Below, in pieces: positions 40,174-50,175 of a DNA stretch of 64,000 bases. Position numbers and translations under genes: made by a program. How positions within the stretch are numbered: the first letter of the stretch is position 1; the number at the start of each line of letters is the position of its first letter. The notes under the pieces were generated by a model, which saw nothing but the letters and a program-made list of their open reading frames with translations, was not told the origin of the DNA and made no database searches. This stretch comes from Phycisphaeraceae bacterium (GTDB taxonomy: Bacteria > Planctomycetota > Phycisphaerae > Phycisphaerales > Phycisphaeraceae), in NCBI GenBank assembly GCA_963674705.1, contig OY771506.1, forward strand, positions 3,200,001-3,264,000, given 5' to 3'.

Positions 40174-40845
40174 TCACTCCACCCCAACCTGCGGACACGA
40201 CTTCAGTAGCGCACAATCCTCGCACTTGGGATTGCGTGCTTTGCATGGCCCGCGGCCGTGGTGGATCAGCAGGTGACTTAGCATCGTCCAGTTTTCCTGC
40301 GGGATTAACGCCATCAAGTCCTGTTCGACTTTTTTCGGGTCTTTCTGTTTGGTCCATCCGAGTCTGACACTGAGCCTGCCGACATGGGTATCGACGACGA
40401 CACCGATGTTCTTGCCGAACGCGTTACCGAGTACGACATTCGCGGTTTTACGTGCGACGCCCGGCAGTTCGAGCAGCTTCTCCATCGTGTCAGGTACTTT
40501 GCCGCCATGATCCTGCATGATCGCGATGGCTGCGCCCTTGATATTCTTGGCCTTGTTCCGGAAGAAGCCGGTGGTCTTGACGAGTTCTTCCAGATGCTCG
40601 ATCTTCGCCTCAGCCATCTTTGCCGGGGTGGGGTAGGCCTTGAACAACGCGGGGGTGACGATGTTCACCCGTACGTCCGTACACTGTGCCGAGAGGATCG
40701 TCGCGACCAGTAGTTGGAACGGACTTCTATGATCCAGCGCGCAATGGGCTTGCGGATACAGTTCTTCCAGCTTCTTATAAACCCGCGCCGCCTGTCGCTT
40801 CAAAGCCGGATCGACCTTGGACTTTTTTGTTGTTTTCTTCGCCAT
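40174..40845 (-). CDS. nth: Endonuclease III
   Basis: LSAQCTD, LPGVARKTANVV (HhH), VDTHV, CKARNPKCEDCALLKSC Fe-S motif. Confidence 0.96.
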   Translation of the reverse strand: MAKKTTKKSKVDPALKRQAARVYKKLEELYPQAHCALDHRSPFQLLVATILSAQCTDVRVNIVTPALFKAYPTPAKMAEAKIEHLEELVKTTGFFRNKAKNIKGAAIAIMQDHGGKVPDTMEKLLELPGVARKTANVVLGNAFGKNIGVVVDTHVGRLSVRLGWTKQKDPKKVEQDLMALIPQENWTMLSHLLIHHGRGPCKARNPKCEDCALLKSCPQVGVE

Positions 40846-40894
40846 GACAGACAATCATAGCGATCGAAAGCCGTGTCGCCGAGGTGGAGGTATA

Positions 40895-41010
40895 GCCACG
40901 AAAAGGCACATAAACCACAAGATGGCTGTCTCTTGACACCCCAAAGCACGCAAGCATAGCCAGCGATTTTTAAATGAGTCCTTTTTGTGTCTTCTGTGCC
41001 TTTTCGTGGC
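40895..41010. repeat. Inverted repeat with 9-nt periodic arms and ~60-bp spacer
   Basis: GCCACGAAAAGGCACA... / ...TGTGCCTTTTCGTGGC (16-bp perfect outer stem). Confidence 0.87.
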
Positions 41011-41018
41011 AAAAAGAT

Positions 41019-41567
41019 TTACCGCTCAGCCAGCTTCAGCGCCGCAAGGTAATCGATCCGCTCGATCCGGTTCAGCAATGAAGGCAGGTCATCCGCCGCC
41101 AGGAACAGGCCGCGACCTATCAATACCGCTTCGGTGGATTTACCAAGCACATCGCGCATCGCGTTATTGTCTTGTCCGTTGATAACCGGGATCGATTCGC
41201 CGCAAAGCTCCAGCCGATCGCTGCCGGCCTGCATCTTCAGCAGCGTTGCGATCTTGACCGATTCGATCTCAGCCGATGCTTTCAGTAATGCGCCGTCTTC
41301 ATCGATATGTGTCTGGTAGACATCCCGGTGCGGTTGCCAGAGATCGGTAGGCAGGTTTTCTCCTCCGTGTACATCCTCGCCGCCGATGTCCACGCAGGTC
41401 AGGTCGTCCGGCTTCAGGTCGATTCTGCGTTTGCCGACCGGCGTCACCAGATAGCGTCTGCGGTGCAACTCGCTGCAAAGCATCCCGTCGGCGCCGATGA
41501 TCCAGCCCCGGGTCCACAACTGATTGATCGCCTGACAGAACTGCTCGCGTATTGCTTGTTCATCCAT
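41019..41567 (-). CDS. Class II aldolase/adducin-like protein, degenerate
   Basis: LVTPVG...LKPDDL..VD..G and H..VY; metal-ligand His residues not evident. Confidence 0.65.
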   Translation of the reverse strand: MDEQAIREQFCQAINQLWTRGWIIGADGMLCSELHRRRYLVTPVGKRRIDLKPDDLTCVDIGGEDVHGGENLPTDLWQPHRDVYQTHIDEDGALLKASAEIESVKIATLLKMQAGSDRLELCGESIPVINGQDNNAMRDVLGKSTEAVLIGRGLFLAADDLPSLLNRIERIDYLAALKLAER

Positions 41568-42063
41568 TGTTTATGCATCCGTTCGCATGATTCACCCCAC
41601 TCATCTGCCCGGATCGGTCCGCGCAGCACCCATCAACAAAGGTTTCCCCATCTCGCCAAACCTCTCGCTTCCAGATCGGCAGCTTCTGTTTTAGCGCATC
41701 GATCAGGAAACGGCATGCTTCAAACGCTTCGCCACGGTGGGGTGTTGCCACCTGAATCACAACACTGGCTTGACCCGGCTCAACGGCTCCCTTGGCATGG
41801 ACGATTCGCACCGCATGGCAACCATACCGCTGTATTGCCTCTTGAGCCAATTGCTGGAGCAGCTTCTGAGCCATCGGCTCATATACCTCGTATTCCAACC
41901 TCAGCAGGGGGCCGAATTCGGCGTGCTCATCCTCCCGCGTCCTGCCCAGAAATACACATTCACCCCCGCAATCCCCCGGCCAACCCATCTCAATCACCGA
42001 TACCGGCCCATTCTGAACCGCTACCGTGATTTGTGGATCTGTTTTTTCTGGGGCTCCTGCCAT
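41560..42063 (-). CDS. moaE: Molybdopterin synthase catalytic subunit
   Basis: FLGRTR, LEYEVYEPMA, HRGEAF, IDALK..LPIWKRE. Confidence 0.92.
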   Translation of the reverse strand: MAGAPEKTDPQITVAVQNGPVSVIEMGWPGDCGGECVFLGRTREDEHAEFGPLLRLEYEVYEPMAQKLLQQLAQEAIQRYGCHAVRIVHAKGAVEPGQASVVIQVATPHRGEAFEACRFLIDALKQKLPIWKREVWRDGETFVDGCCADRSGQMSGVNHANGCINNG

Positions 42064-42307
42064 AAGCCCCTTATTGTATACCAATACAGCCCTTAACACA
42101 GTTTTGGGGGATTTCGGCCCGCAGCGCAGGACAAAACCGGCCCGCCGGCGTAGGGGACACGCCGAACGGGCCGTGAGGGGGGTTAGGAGGATGATGATTG
42201 TGTTAGTAATACGTTCAGATGGGCTGTTTGGTTCGCTAACTTGAATCCAGCAATACAACTATTCAGATACTGTTGCTAAACGCAGTACTTACACTACACA
42301 ACAACAC

Positions 42308-45010
42308 TTATCCCGGCTTCTCCGCTTTGTTATGCATTTCACGCAGCAATTCGAACGCCTGCATCGGGCTGATGGTGTTGATGTCCAGACTCTTGATCTC
42401 GTCAATAAGCGGGTGCTGTACGTATTCGGTAAACAGGCCCATCTGTTGGTTCGCCGCGGGCTTGACCGCTGCTTCGGTTACGGGGCGTGCGGCCGTGCCT
42501 TCGTGGCTGACGGACAATTCACCAAGTAGCGCATTGGCGCGCTTGACCACTTCCGGGGGAAGGCCCGCGAGTTTGGCGACGTGGATGCCGTAGCTTCGGT
42601 CGGTCGCGCCGGGCACGATCCGGTGCAGGAAGACGATCTGGTCCTGCCACTCACGCACACTGACGTTGAGGTTGGTCACGTTCGGGTACGTCTGCGGCAA
42701 CGTTGTCAGTTCGTGGTAATGCGTCGCGAACAGCGTACGCGGGCCAAGCGCCGCGAGGTGTTCCGCGATCGCCCAGGCCAGGCTCAGGCCGTCCAATGTG
42801 CTCGTGCCCCGGCCGATCTCATCGAGGATCACCAAACTTCGCTCGGTCGCGTGATGGCAGATATTTGCGGTCTCCGTCATCTCGACCATGAACGTCGAAT
42901 GCCCGGCGTGCAGTTCATCGCTCGCCCCGATACGCGTAAACACCCGGTCGCACAACCCGATCGTCGCGCTCTCGGCGGGGATGAACGAGCCTGCGTGGGC
43001 CATGAGCGTGAGTAGCGCCGCCTGGCGGATGTAGGTCGATTTACCCGCCATGTTCGGCCCGGTGAGTAGCGCTAGGGTGGGGCGGGTATCGGGTATCGTG
43101 CTTCGGGTATCGGCAGGATCGGTTTCTGTTTCTTCCCGAGACCCGACACCCGAAACCCGACACCCGAGTTCCACGTTATTTGCCACAAACCGGTCGCCCA
43201 GCAGTTCATCCAGTACCGGATGTTTGCCCGCCTGGATCGAAAGCACCGGCTCATCGACGATTTCAGGCTTAACGTAGCCACGCTTCACCGCCCGACGTGC
43301 AAAGCAGGCCAGCACATCCAGCTCAGCTACCGTCTCGGCGAAGCTGTGCAGCGCATCGAGCTGCGCCTGTGCTTTGCTACAAAGGTCGGCGAAAAGCGAT
43401 TGCTCGCGTGAGATCGCTTTGCTCTGCGCGGAAAGTGCCTTGTCTTCGTAATCTTTGAGTTCAGCCGTAACATAACGCTCAGCGTTTTTGAGTGTTTGCC
43501 GACGGGTCCAGGCTTGCGGGGCTTTATCTTTGTGTGCCGCGGTGGTTTCGATGTAGTAGCCGAAGACTTTGTTGTAACCGATCTTCAATGATGGAATATG
43601 CGTCTCATCAATCAGTTTCTTCTGATATTCAGCTAACCAGCTCCTGCTGTCTCGCTGCAACGAGCGATACTCGTCGAGTTGCTTGTCGAAACCGTTCTTG
43701 ATCAATCCGCCATCTCTTAGATGTGTTGGCGGACCGTCAACACACGCTTCGGTGATCTTCCTGCCAAGTTCATCAACGACCGGCAACAGCTGCGCAACTT
43801 TCTCGTGATAGGTCTTGACAGTGGGGCGGTCCAGCAGTTGTTTTTCGATACCGCCGATCGCTGCGGCACTATTGCCTAACCCGACCAGGTCGCGAGGCGA
43901 AGCCCTGCCGACCGACAGCCGAGCGGTGATCCGCTGAATGTCCTGGACATCATCTAGCGCTTCACTCAAGCCCCGTTCAAACCGCTGATCATCCACCATC
44001 GCCTGCACGACGCGCTGCCGTTGCTCGATCTGCTCCCTATTGCAGAGCGGGTAACACAGCCAGTGCCTGAGCATGCGTTTGCCCATCGCGGTCCGGCAGT
44101 TCTGCAGTACCCCCAATAGCGAGCCAGCCGTCGACTCGCTGCGCATCGTTCGTTCAATTTCAAGACTGCGCAGTGATGTCTGATCGATGACAAGGTGTGC
44201 TTCACGTGCAAATCGTTGGGGTGGACGCAGGTGTGCGATCCGACCGTCTTCATCTGCACGCTGAGTCTCGAGCAGGTAATGCACGACCGCCGACGCGGCG
44301 CCCAAGGCCGGGTCGTTTTCATCCAGACCGAATCCACCCAGCCCGGCTACGCGGTATTGCCGCTTGAGCGCTTCTATCGCCTCGTTGTGACGGAACTGCC
44401 ACGCGGGTCGGCCGACCGGTTCCTGGTCTAGCGCACGCCCTGCGATCGCAACCCGTTCCGGTACATCGCCTGTTGCGGTTTCGCAGTACAGCAACTCACG
44501 CGGATTGATCCTGGCAAGCTCATCGCCAACCGAAGTTTCTTCAAGCGTGGTGATCGTAAAGGAACCGGTGCTCAATTCCGCCCACGCCAGCGAGGCTTTG
44601 CCATCACTATGAAACTGTACCGCAGCCAGCGGGTTTTCGATGCCATCTTCAAGCAGCGATTCATCCGTCACCGTCCCGGGTGTGACGACACGCGTGACAT
44701 CTCGCTTCACCACGCCCTTGGCCTCGGCCGGGTTTTCGACCTGGTCACAGACCGCGACGCGGTACCCCGCCTGGATCATCCGGCTCAGGTACCCGTCCAC
44801 CGCGTGGAACGGCACCCCGGCCATGGGTATGCCCTTAGTCCGCTGCGTCAGCGTGACGCCCAGCACCTTATGCGCCAGTTCGGCGTCCTCGTAGAACATC
44901 TCATAGAAGTCGCCCATCCGGAAGAAGAGGACGGTCCCCGGGTACTGCTGCTTGAAGGCGTGAAACTGCTTCATCGCCGGGGTCTGGTGTGGATCATTCG
45001 CCTTGGCCAT
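42308..45010 (-). CDS. mutS: DNA mismatch repair protein MutS
   Basis: TPAMKQ, GDFYEMF, TGPNMAGKST, STFMVEM, DEIGRGT, SYGIHVA. Confidence 0.98.
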   Translation of the reverse strand: MAKANDPHQTPAMKQFHAFKQQYPGTVLFFRMGDFYEMFYEDAELAHKVLGVTLTQRTKGIPMAGVPFHAVDGYLSRMIQAGYRVAVCDQVENPAEAKGVVKRDVTRVVTPGTVTDESLLEDGIENPLAAVQFHSDGKASLAWAELSTGSFTITTLEETSVGDELARINPRELLYCETATGDVPERVAIAGRALDQEPVGRPAWQFRHNEAIEALKRQYRVAGLGGFGLDENDPALGAASAVVHYLLETQRADEDGRIAHLRPPQRFAREAHLVIDQTSLRSLEIERTMRSESTAGSLLGVLQNCRTAMGKRMLRHWLCYPLCNREQIEQRQRVVQAMVDDQRFERGLSEALDDVQDIQRITARLSVGRASPRDLVGLGNSAAAIGGIEKQLLDRPTVKTYHEKVAQLLPVVDELGRKITEACVDGPPTHLRDGGLIKNGFDKQLDEYRSLQRDSRSWLAEYQKKLIDETHIPSLKIGYNKVFGYYIETTAAHKDKAPQAWTRRQTLKNAERYVTAELKDYEDKALSAQSKAISREQSLFADLCSKAQAQLDALHSFAETVAELDVLACFARRAVKRGYVKPEIVDEPVLSIQAGKHPVLDELLGDRFVANNVELGCRVSGVGSREETETDPADTRSTIPDTRPTLALLTGPNMAGKSTYIRQAALLTLMAHAGSFIPAESATIGLCDRVFTRIGASDELHAGHSTFMVEMTETANICHHATERSLVILDEIGRGTSTLDGLSLAWAIAEHLAALGPRTLFATHYHELTTLPQTYPNVTNLNVSVREWQDQIVFLHRIVPGATDRSYGIHVAKLAGLPPEVVKRANALLGELSVSHEGTAARPVTEAAVKPAANQQMGLFTEYVQHPLIDEIKSLDINTISPMQAFELLREMHNKAEKPG

Positions 45011-45041
45011 AGACGAGACAGTTTAACCGATCGGGGAAGAA

Positions 45042-45156
45042 ATTTATGATTTGGGATTTATGATTGAGGATTTCAGTCAAGTGGATATGTGGTGGGATAA
45101 TCCTGAAGTTAGATTGAGCCTTCACATCATAAATCATAAATCCCAAATCATAAATC
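45042..45156. repeat. Inverted heptamer arrays in the mutS/priA divergent intergenic region
   Basis: TTATGAT TTGGGAT TTATGAT ... ATCATAA ATCATAA ATCCCAA ATCATAA. Confidence 0.85.
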
Positions 45157-45203
45157 CACTCCTCTTATCCACCCGATTCAGCCAACATCCCTATACTTTC
45201 CCT

Positions 45204-47663
45204 ATGCCCGATCTGTTCCAGTCCGAGCCTGCAACCAGCGGTGCGTTTGCCGTGGTGGCGGTCGAACGTGGTGTGGACGCCACGGGGGCGGGGTTGACGT
45301 ATGCCGTGCCGCAATCGCTGGCGGACCTGGCGGTGGGGGATCGGGTGGTCGTACCGCTGGGACGCAGCAACAAAAGAGTCCACGGCTTTATCGTCGAACT
45401 TTCAGATACCAGTACCTACTCAAAGAGGCAGGTCAAAGCCATCCTGGAACGAGCGCAGGGCGGCGCATCGTTGCCAGCCGACCTGATCGAATTAGCACGC
45501 TGGATCAGCGCCTACTACTGCTGTCCGTTGGGGATGGTGTTCGGTTCCATGATGCCCGCCGCTGTAAAGCGGGGGACCGGTTCGGTCAGCAGGCAGGTTG
45601 TGCGATTCGCCAAAGAGCCTGATGAAGAACAGAAACTCTCAAAACTCCAACGCACGATTCTTGAAACCGCCAGACAAAAACACGAAGCCTCGGCCGGCTC
45701 GGATTGGATCGATACCAAGATTCTTGCCGACCTCGCAGGCGCTAAGACCGTCGGCCCGGTCAAACAACTCATCGATAAGGGCCTGCTCGAAGCCGACGTG
45801 CAAAATCGTGTCGAGTCGGACCTTGATCTTCGCGCGCAAGAGGAAACGGGCCCACTTGGCAAACTCAACCTCAATCAATCCCAGTCCGATGCGCTCGACC
45901 ACCTGACGAAACATCTTGATGAAGGCTTCGGCGTTCATCTGCTGCACGGGGTAACGGGCAGCGGTAAGACGGAGGTGTACTTACGACTTATTGAGGCGGC
46001 GGTATCGGGTCTGGCAAAACATCAAGCTTTGAGTTCTGAACTCCGACCAGATCCTAGACCCCAGACCCAAGACCCGCCCCCTCCGGGGGCCATCGTCCTC
46101 GTCCCCGAAATCGCACTCACCCCTCAAACCGTCGGGCGATTCATCGGTCGGTTTAACGACGTTGCTGTGCTGCATTCCGGCTTAACCCCCGCTCAGCGCC
46201 ACGCCCAATGGCGTCGTATCCGTGATGGCCAAGCAAACATCGTCGTGGGCGCGCGCTCGGCCGTCTTCGCGCCGCTTGCTGACCCACGCCTGATCATCGT
46301 CGACGAAGAACACGAATCCAGCTACAAGCAGGATCAACTACCACGCTATCACGCACGTGATGTGGCGATCAAACGCGCGCAGATGCTGGGTATCCCCGTC
46401 GTGCTCGGGTCGGCGACGCCGAGTTTGGAGAGTTATTGTAATGCTGTCGGATTTCGGGATTCGGGTACCGGGGCTCGGAAGCATGATTCAACAACGCAGG
46501 CTGCCCGAAACCCGAACTACCACCTGCTCCGCCTGCCCGACCGTGTGCCCGGGATGCGGCTGCCTGATGTTACCGTCGTCGACATGCAGGAAGAACGACG
46601 CCATCGACGCGGTATCCATCTATTAAGCCGACGTCTCGAACAGGAACTTGAACGCGTTCTGCAAGGCGAACCCGGCACTACACCCGAGAGAAGGGGTCAG
46701 GCCATGCTCCTGCTTAACCGCAGAGGTTATGCCAACTACATCGCCTGCCCGGATCACCGTTGCGGCTGGATGATGCGCTGCGATCATTGTGACGCGACCG
46801 TCGTCTATCACAAAGATCAACACTTACCCACCGGTGGATACGTGCGTTGCCATCATTGCGATGCCGAACAGCTGCTCATCACCCAATGCCCCGACTCAGG
46901 GCACAAGATCACGGTGTTTGGCCTGGGCACGCAAAAAGTCGAAGAAGAACTGATACAAAAATTTCCCGGTATCCGTGCCGCACGCATGGATTCGGACACC
47001 ATGCGTCACGCCAGCGACTACCAGAAAACGCTCGACCAATTCCGCGCCGGCGAAGTCGATGTATTGCTCGGCACGCAAATGATCGCGAAGGGCCTGGACT
47101 TCCCGGGTGTACGTCTGGTCGGCGTGATCAGCGCGGACACATCGCTGCACCTGCCTGACTTTCGCGCTTCAGAGCGAACATTCCAGTTAATCTCGCAAGT
47201 AGCGGGGCGGTCAGGCCGTAGCGAACAGCCTGGCCGAGTCGTCGTCCAGACCTTCAGCCCGAACGATCCCGCGATCACGCTGGCCGCGGCACACGACTAC
47301 GAAACCTTTGCCAGCCGTGAGATCGCATTGCGTGCAGAAGTCGGCCTGCCCCCGATATCGCGCATGGCCAGGATCGTCGTGCGCGATAAGGACCATCTTG
47401 TCGGCTATGAAAACGCGAAGAAGCTTGCACACCATCTTGAAGCCGCGAACCGTGAATTGAAAACCGAGGTCCGTTTGCGGGGCCCGATGCCGTGCCCGAT
47501 CGCACGTATCGCAGACTTCCACCGTCAGCAGATCGAATTGATCGCCGCGCCGCCCAATGCCGCGGGCAAATTACAGAAGTTAATGACCGCGCTGCGCAAC
47601 AGTCAGTTGCTCATCTCCGATGCCAGAACCGCGGTGGATGTCGACCCGGTAGCACTTCTCTAA
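45204..47663 (+). CDS. priA: Primosomal protein N'
   Basis: GVTGSGKT, VPEIALTPQ, DEEH, SAT, NRRGY, Cys clusters, GTQMIAKGLDFP, DVDP. Confidence 0.96.
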   Translation: MPDLFQSEPATSGAFAVVAVERGVDATGAGLTYAVPQSLADLAVGDRVVVPLGRSNKRVHGFIVELSDTSTYSKRQVKAILERAQGGASLPADLIELARWISAYYCCPLGMVFGSMMPAAVKRGTGSVSRQVVRFAKEPDEEQKLSKLQRTILETARQKHEASAGSDWIDTKILADLAGAKTVGPVKQLIDKGLLEADVQNRVESDLDLRAQEETGPLGKLNLNQSQSDALDHLTKHLDEGFGVHLLHGVTGSGKTEVYLRLIEAAVSGLAKHQALSSELRPDPRPQTQDPPPPGAIVLVPEIALTPQTVGRFIGRFNDVAVLHSGLTPAQRHAQWRRIRDGQANIVVGARSAVFAPLADPRLIIVDEEHESSYKQDQLPRYHARDVAIKRAQMLGIPVVLGSATPSLESYCNAVGFRDSGTGARKHDSTTQAARNPNYHLLRLPDRVPGMRLPDVTVVDMQEERRHRRGIHLLSRRLEQELERVLQGEPGTTPERRGQAMLLLNRRGYANYIACPDHRCGWMMRCDHCDATVVYHKDQHLPTGGYVRCHHCDAEQLLITQCPDSGHKITVFGLGTQKVEEELIQKFPGIRAARMDSDTMRHASDYQKTLDQFRAGEVDVLLGTQMIAKGLDFPGVRLVGVISADTSLHLPDFRASERTFQLISQVAGRSGRSEQPGRVVVQTFSPNDPAITLAAAHDYETFASREIALRAEVGLPPISRMARIVVRDKDHLVGYENAKKLAHHLEAANRELKTEVRLRGPMPCPIARIADFHRQQIELIAAPPNAAGKLQKLMTALRNSQLLISDARTAVDVDPVALL

Positions 47664-47806
47664 ATTATCAAGTCGAACTTTTTTGCAATAAACCATTAAC
47701 ATACACGTTCAGCTTCAACACAAGCCGTGATTGGAGACGCGTCGTACGGGCCGCAAGGGCTCGGATCTCTGGGCATCAACAACCGCAAAAGCAAAGCGAG
47801 AATATC

Positions 47807-49243
47807 ATGAGCAAGTGGGGAACCACGGCCGTGGAGGCTGTACTACTGACTTTGGCGACGAGTAGCCCCGTATTGGCCGGCAGTTACAGTATTGTCGATA
47901 CAGGGCAGAACCTTACGTATAGCAACACGACATCTATTGCCGCCCCCGCACTTGGCGAAGCTTTCTGCGGCCAGGACGCTCAGAACGAAGGCAATGAACC
48001 TAGCTATACCACCAGCGCCGACGGCCTGACCGTACTGGACAATGTCACCAACATGACCTGGACGCAAGGTGCTGACTGGAACGCTGACGGCATACTCGAT
48101 GCTGACGACAAAATGACATACGCTGATGCTCTTGCTTACGTCGACACGCTCAACGCATTGAACTACGGTGGCTACCACGACTGGCGTGTCCCGAGCATCA
48201 AGCAATTGTATTCCCTGATCGATTACCGCGGCACTGATCCCAATCCCATGGCCACGTCTGTGGGTAGTAACACACCCTTTATCAACGACGAAGTTTTCCA
48301 ATTCGCCTATGGTGACACAAGTGCCGGCGAACGCATCATCGATTCACAATGGGCGACAACAACGCTCTATGTTGACACCGTCATGGACGGACAAACCGCG
48401 ATGTTTGGCGTCAACTTTGCTGATGGGCGCATCAAGGGATACCCCACGGAAGACGGGCCGGGTGGCGTAACCAAGACCTACTATGTTCGTTTCGTTCGAG
48501 GCAATGAAGACTACGGCACTAACAGCTACACAGACAACGAAGACGGTACAGTCACTGATAGCGCGACCAACCTGATGTGGTCTCAAGACGACAGCGGGGT
48601 AGGCCTGAACTGGAAAGATGCACTTGCATGGGTACAACAGAAGAACGAAGAAAACTACCTCGGCCATAACGACTGGCGCCTTCCCAACGCCAAGGAATTG
48701 CAGAGCATTGTCGATTACACACGTTCGCCGGATACGACTAATTCGGCCGCGATCGATCCCGTATTCAACGCCACTTCGTTCTTGAGCCTTGCCGGCGAGA
48801 CTGACTATGGCTTCTACTGGTCCAGCACCAGCTTCCTGAGCTTCACCGGTTCAGCCGACAATGCTGTCTACATCGCCTTTGGCAAAGGGCTAGGTTCGAT
48901 GGACGGCCTGACCATCATCGACGTCCACGGCGCGGGCTGTCAGCGCAGCGACCCCAAGGATGGCGACGAAGCCGACTACCCCGACTGGGGCCACGGACCG
49001 CAGGGTGATGTCCAACGCGTGTTCAATTACGTCCGCCTTGTCCGCGATGTGGAAGCCTCCACCATGATCGGCGACCTCAACGGCGACGGCTATGTCGGAC
49101 TCGACGATCTGGACATCCTTCTAGCCAATTCGAACACCGGCACGTCGCTGGCTACCGAGACAAACGTGGGGGTTCCCGGACCCGCTTCCACGGTTCTTTT
49201 GCTGACGCTGACCGCGATGCACTCGCTGCTGCGAGGATATTGA
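47807..49243 (+). CDS. Secreted double DUF1566 (Lcl C-terminal) protein with a single dockerin-like repeat and degenerate PEP-CTERM
   Basis: TVLDNVTNMTW/TVTDSATNLMW, DWR(V/L)P..K(Q/E)L, YVR(F/L)VR; GDLNGDGYVGLDDLD; VPGP tail. Confidence 0.82.
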   Translation: MSKWGTTAVEAVLLTLATSSPVLAGSYSIVDTGQNLTYSNTTSIAAPALGEAFCGQDAQNEGNEPSYTTSADGLTVLDNVTNMTWTQGADWNADGILDADDKMTYADALAYVDTLNALNYGGYHDWRVPSIKQLYSLIDYRGTDPNPMATSVGSNTPFINDEVFQFAYGDTSAGERIIDSQWATTTLYVDTVMDGQTAMFGVNFADGRIKGYPTEDGPGGVTKTYYVRFVRGNEDYGTNSYTDNEDGTVTDSATNLMWSQDDSGVGLNWKDALAWVQQKNEENYLGHNDWRLPNAKELQSIVDYTRSPDTTNSAAIDPVFNATSFLSLAGETDYGFYWSSTSFLSFTGSADNAVYIAFGKGLGSMDGLTIIDVHGAGCQRSDPKDGDEADYPDWGHGPQGDVQRVFNYVRLVRDVEASTMIGDLNGDGYVGLDDLDILLANSNTGTSLATETNVGVPGPASTVLLLTLTAMHSLLRGY

Positions 49244-49407
49244 AGCTGAACATGAAATTTGATTCAGCCGTAGCGAAGGTATAATACTTACCGACCGGCG
49301 AATCGCTGCCAACGCGCAGGGCGGCGCTTCGACGATCAGCTCCTCTGGAGCGGGTGCGCTACTAAATGCGCGTGGGTGGGCCGATGGGCCCAAGGTCATC
49401 TGAACCG

Positions 49408-50175
49408 ATGTCTTCTGATCACTTGACCAGTAAACCCGCACCCGTCGTATTAGACCTGCCGATCCTGCCTCAGCCGGATGATACGACCTGTGGCCCGACC
49501 TCCCTGCACGCGGTCTACCGCCACTACGGTGAAGAGGTATCCCTCAACCAGGTCATCAAAGAAACCGGCAAACTCACCGGCGGTGGGACACTGGCTGTCA
49601 TGCTCGGCTGCCATGCGCTCGAGCGCGGCTACCATGCCGAGTTATTCACGTTCAACCTGAACATTTTCGATCCGACATGGTTCATCCCAAAGCCGATTAC
49701 CGATCTGCCGCAGCGCCTGCGACTTCAAGCCGATGCCAAAGCGACCTACGATCCCAAACTCGGCGCCGCCACGCAGGCGTACCTGAACTTCCTGGAGATG
49801 GGCGGACAAATCCGCTATGAGGACCTGTCCAGCCGATTACTGGTCAAACAGCTCAGGCGAGGCAGGCCCGTCCTTGTCGGGCTGAGTTCGACGTATCTCT
49901 ACCAAACCATGCGGGAGTTCGGCCCGAAGGATGATTCAGACGATATCCGCGGCGTCCCGATGGGGCACTTCGTCGTGATCTGCGGATACGACCCGGCCCA
50001 TCGTATGGCTCGTGTAGCCGACCCGCTTATAGATGAGACCGGCAAACGTGAACAGATTTACGAGGTGCCGATGGCCAGGCTCGTCGCCGCCATCATGCTC
50101 GGTGTACTAACCTACGACGCAAACCTGCTGATCGTCTGGCCCAAAGAGGCGAATCAGCCTAAGAACCAGCCGTGA
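49408..50175 (+). CDS. Peptidase C39-like (papain-fold) protein
   Basis: QPDDTTCGPT, GHFVV, ADP (Cys-His-Asp). Confidence 0.82.
   Translation: MSSDHLTSKPAPVVLDLPILPQPDDTTCGPTSLHAVYRHYGEEVSLNQVIKETGKLTGGGTLAVMLGCHALERGYHAELFTFNLNIFDPTWFIPKPITDLPQRLRLQADAKATYDPKLGAATQAYLNFLEMGGQIRYEDLSSRLLVKQLRRGRPVLVGLSSTYLYQTMREFGPKDDSDDIRGVPMGHFVVICGYDPAHRMARVADPLIDETGKREQIYEVPMARLVAAIMLGVLTYDANLLIVWPKEANQPKNQP

Noticed and set aside
42064..42307. Moco riboswitch upstream of moaE
   Set aside because: A GC hairpin exists (~42139-42172) but I could not match the motif, and a TACAAT box lies between it and the start codon
45051..45203. N-terminal extension of PriA in the ORF track
   Set aside because: It translates heptamer repeats; ATG 45204 is the plausible start
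47492..47806. N-terminal extension of the DUF1566 protein
   Set aside because: Overlaps priA; the signal peptide begins at ATG 47807
24133..49243. Diversity-generating retroelement (Avd-like four-helix protein plus DUF1566 target)
   Set aside because: No reverse transcriptase and no template/variable repeat pair with adenine-specific mismatches seen; the tatD and capD tail copies are not A-biased
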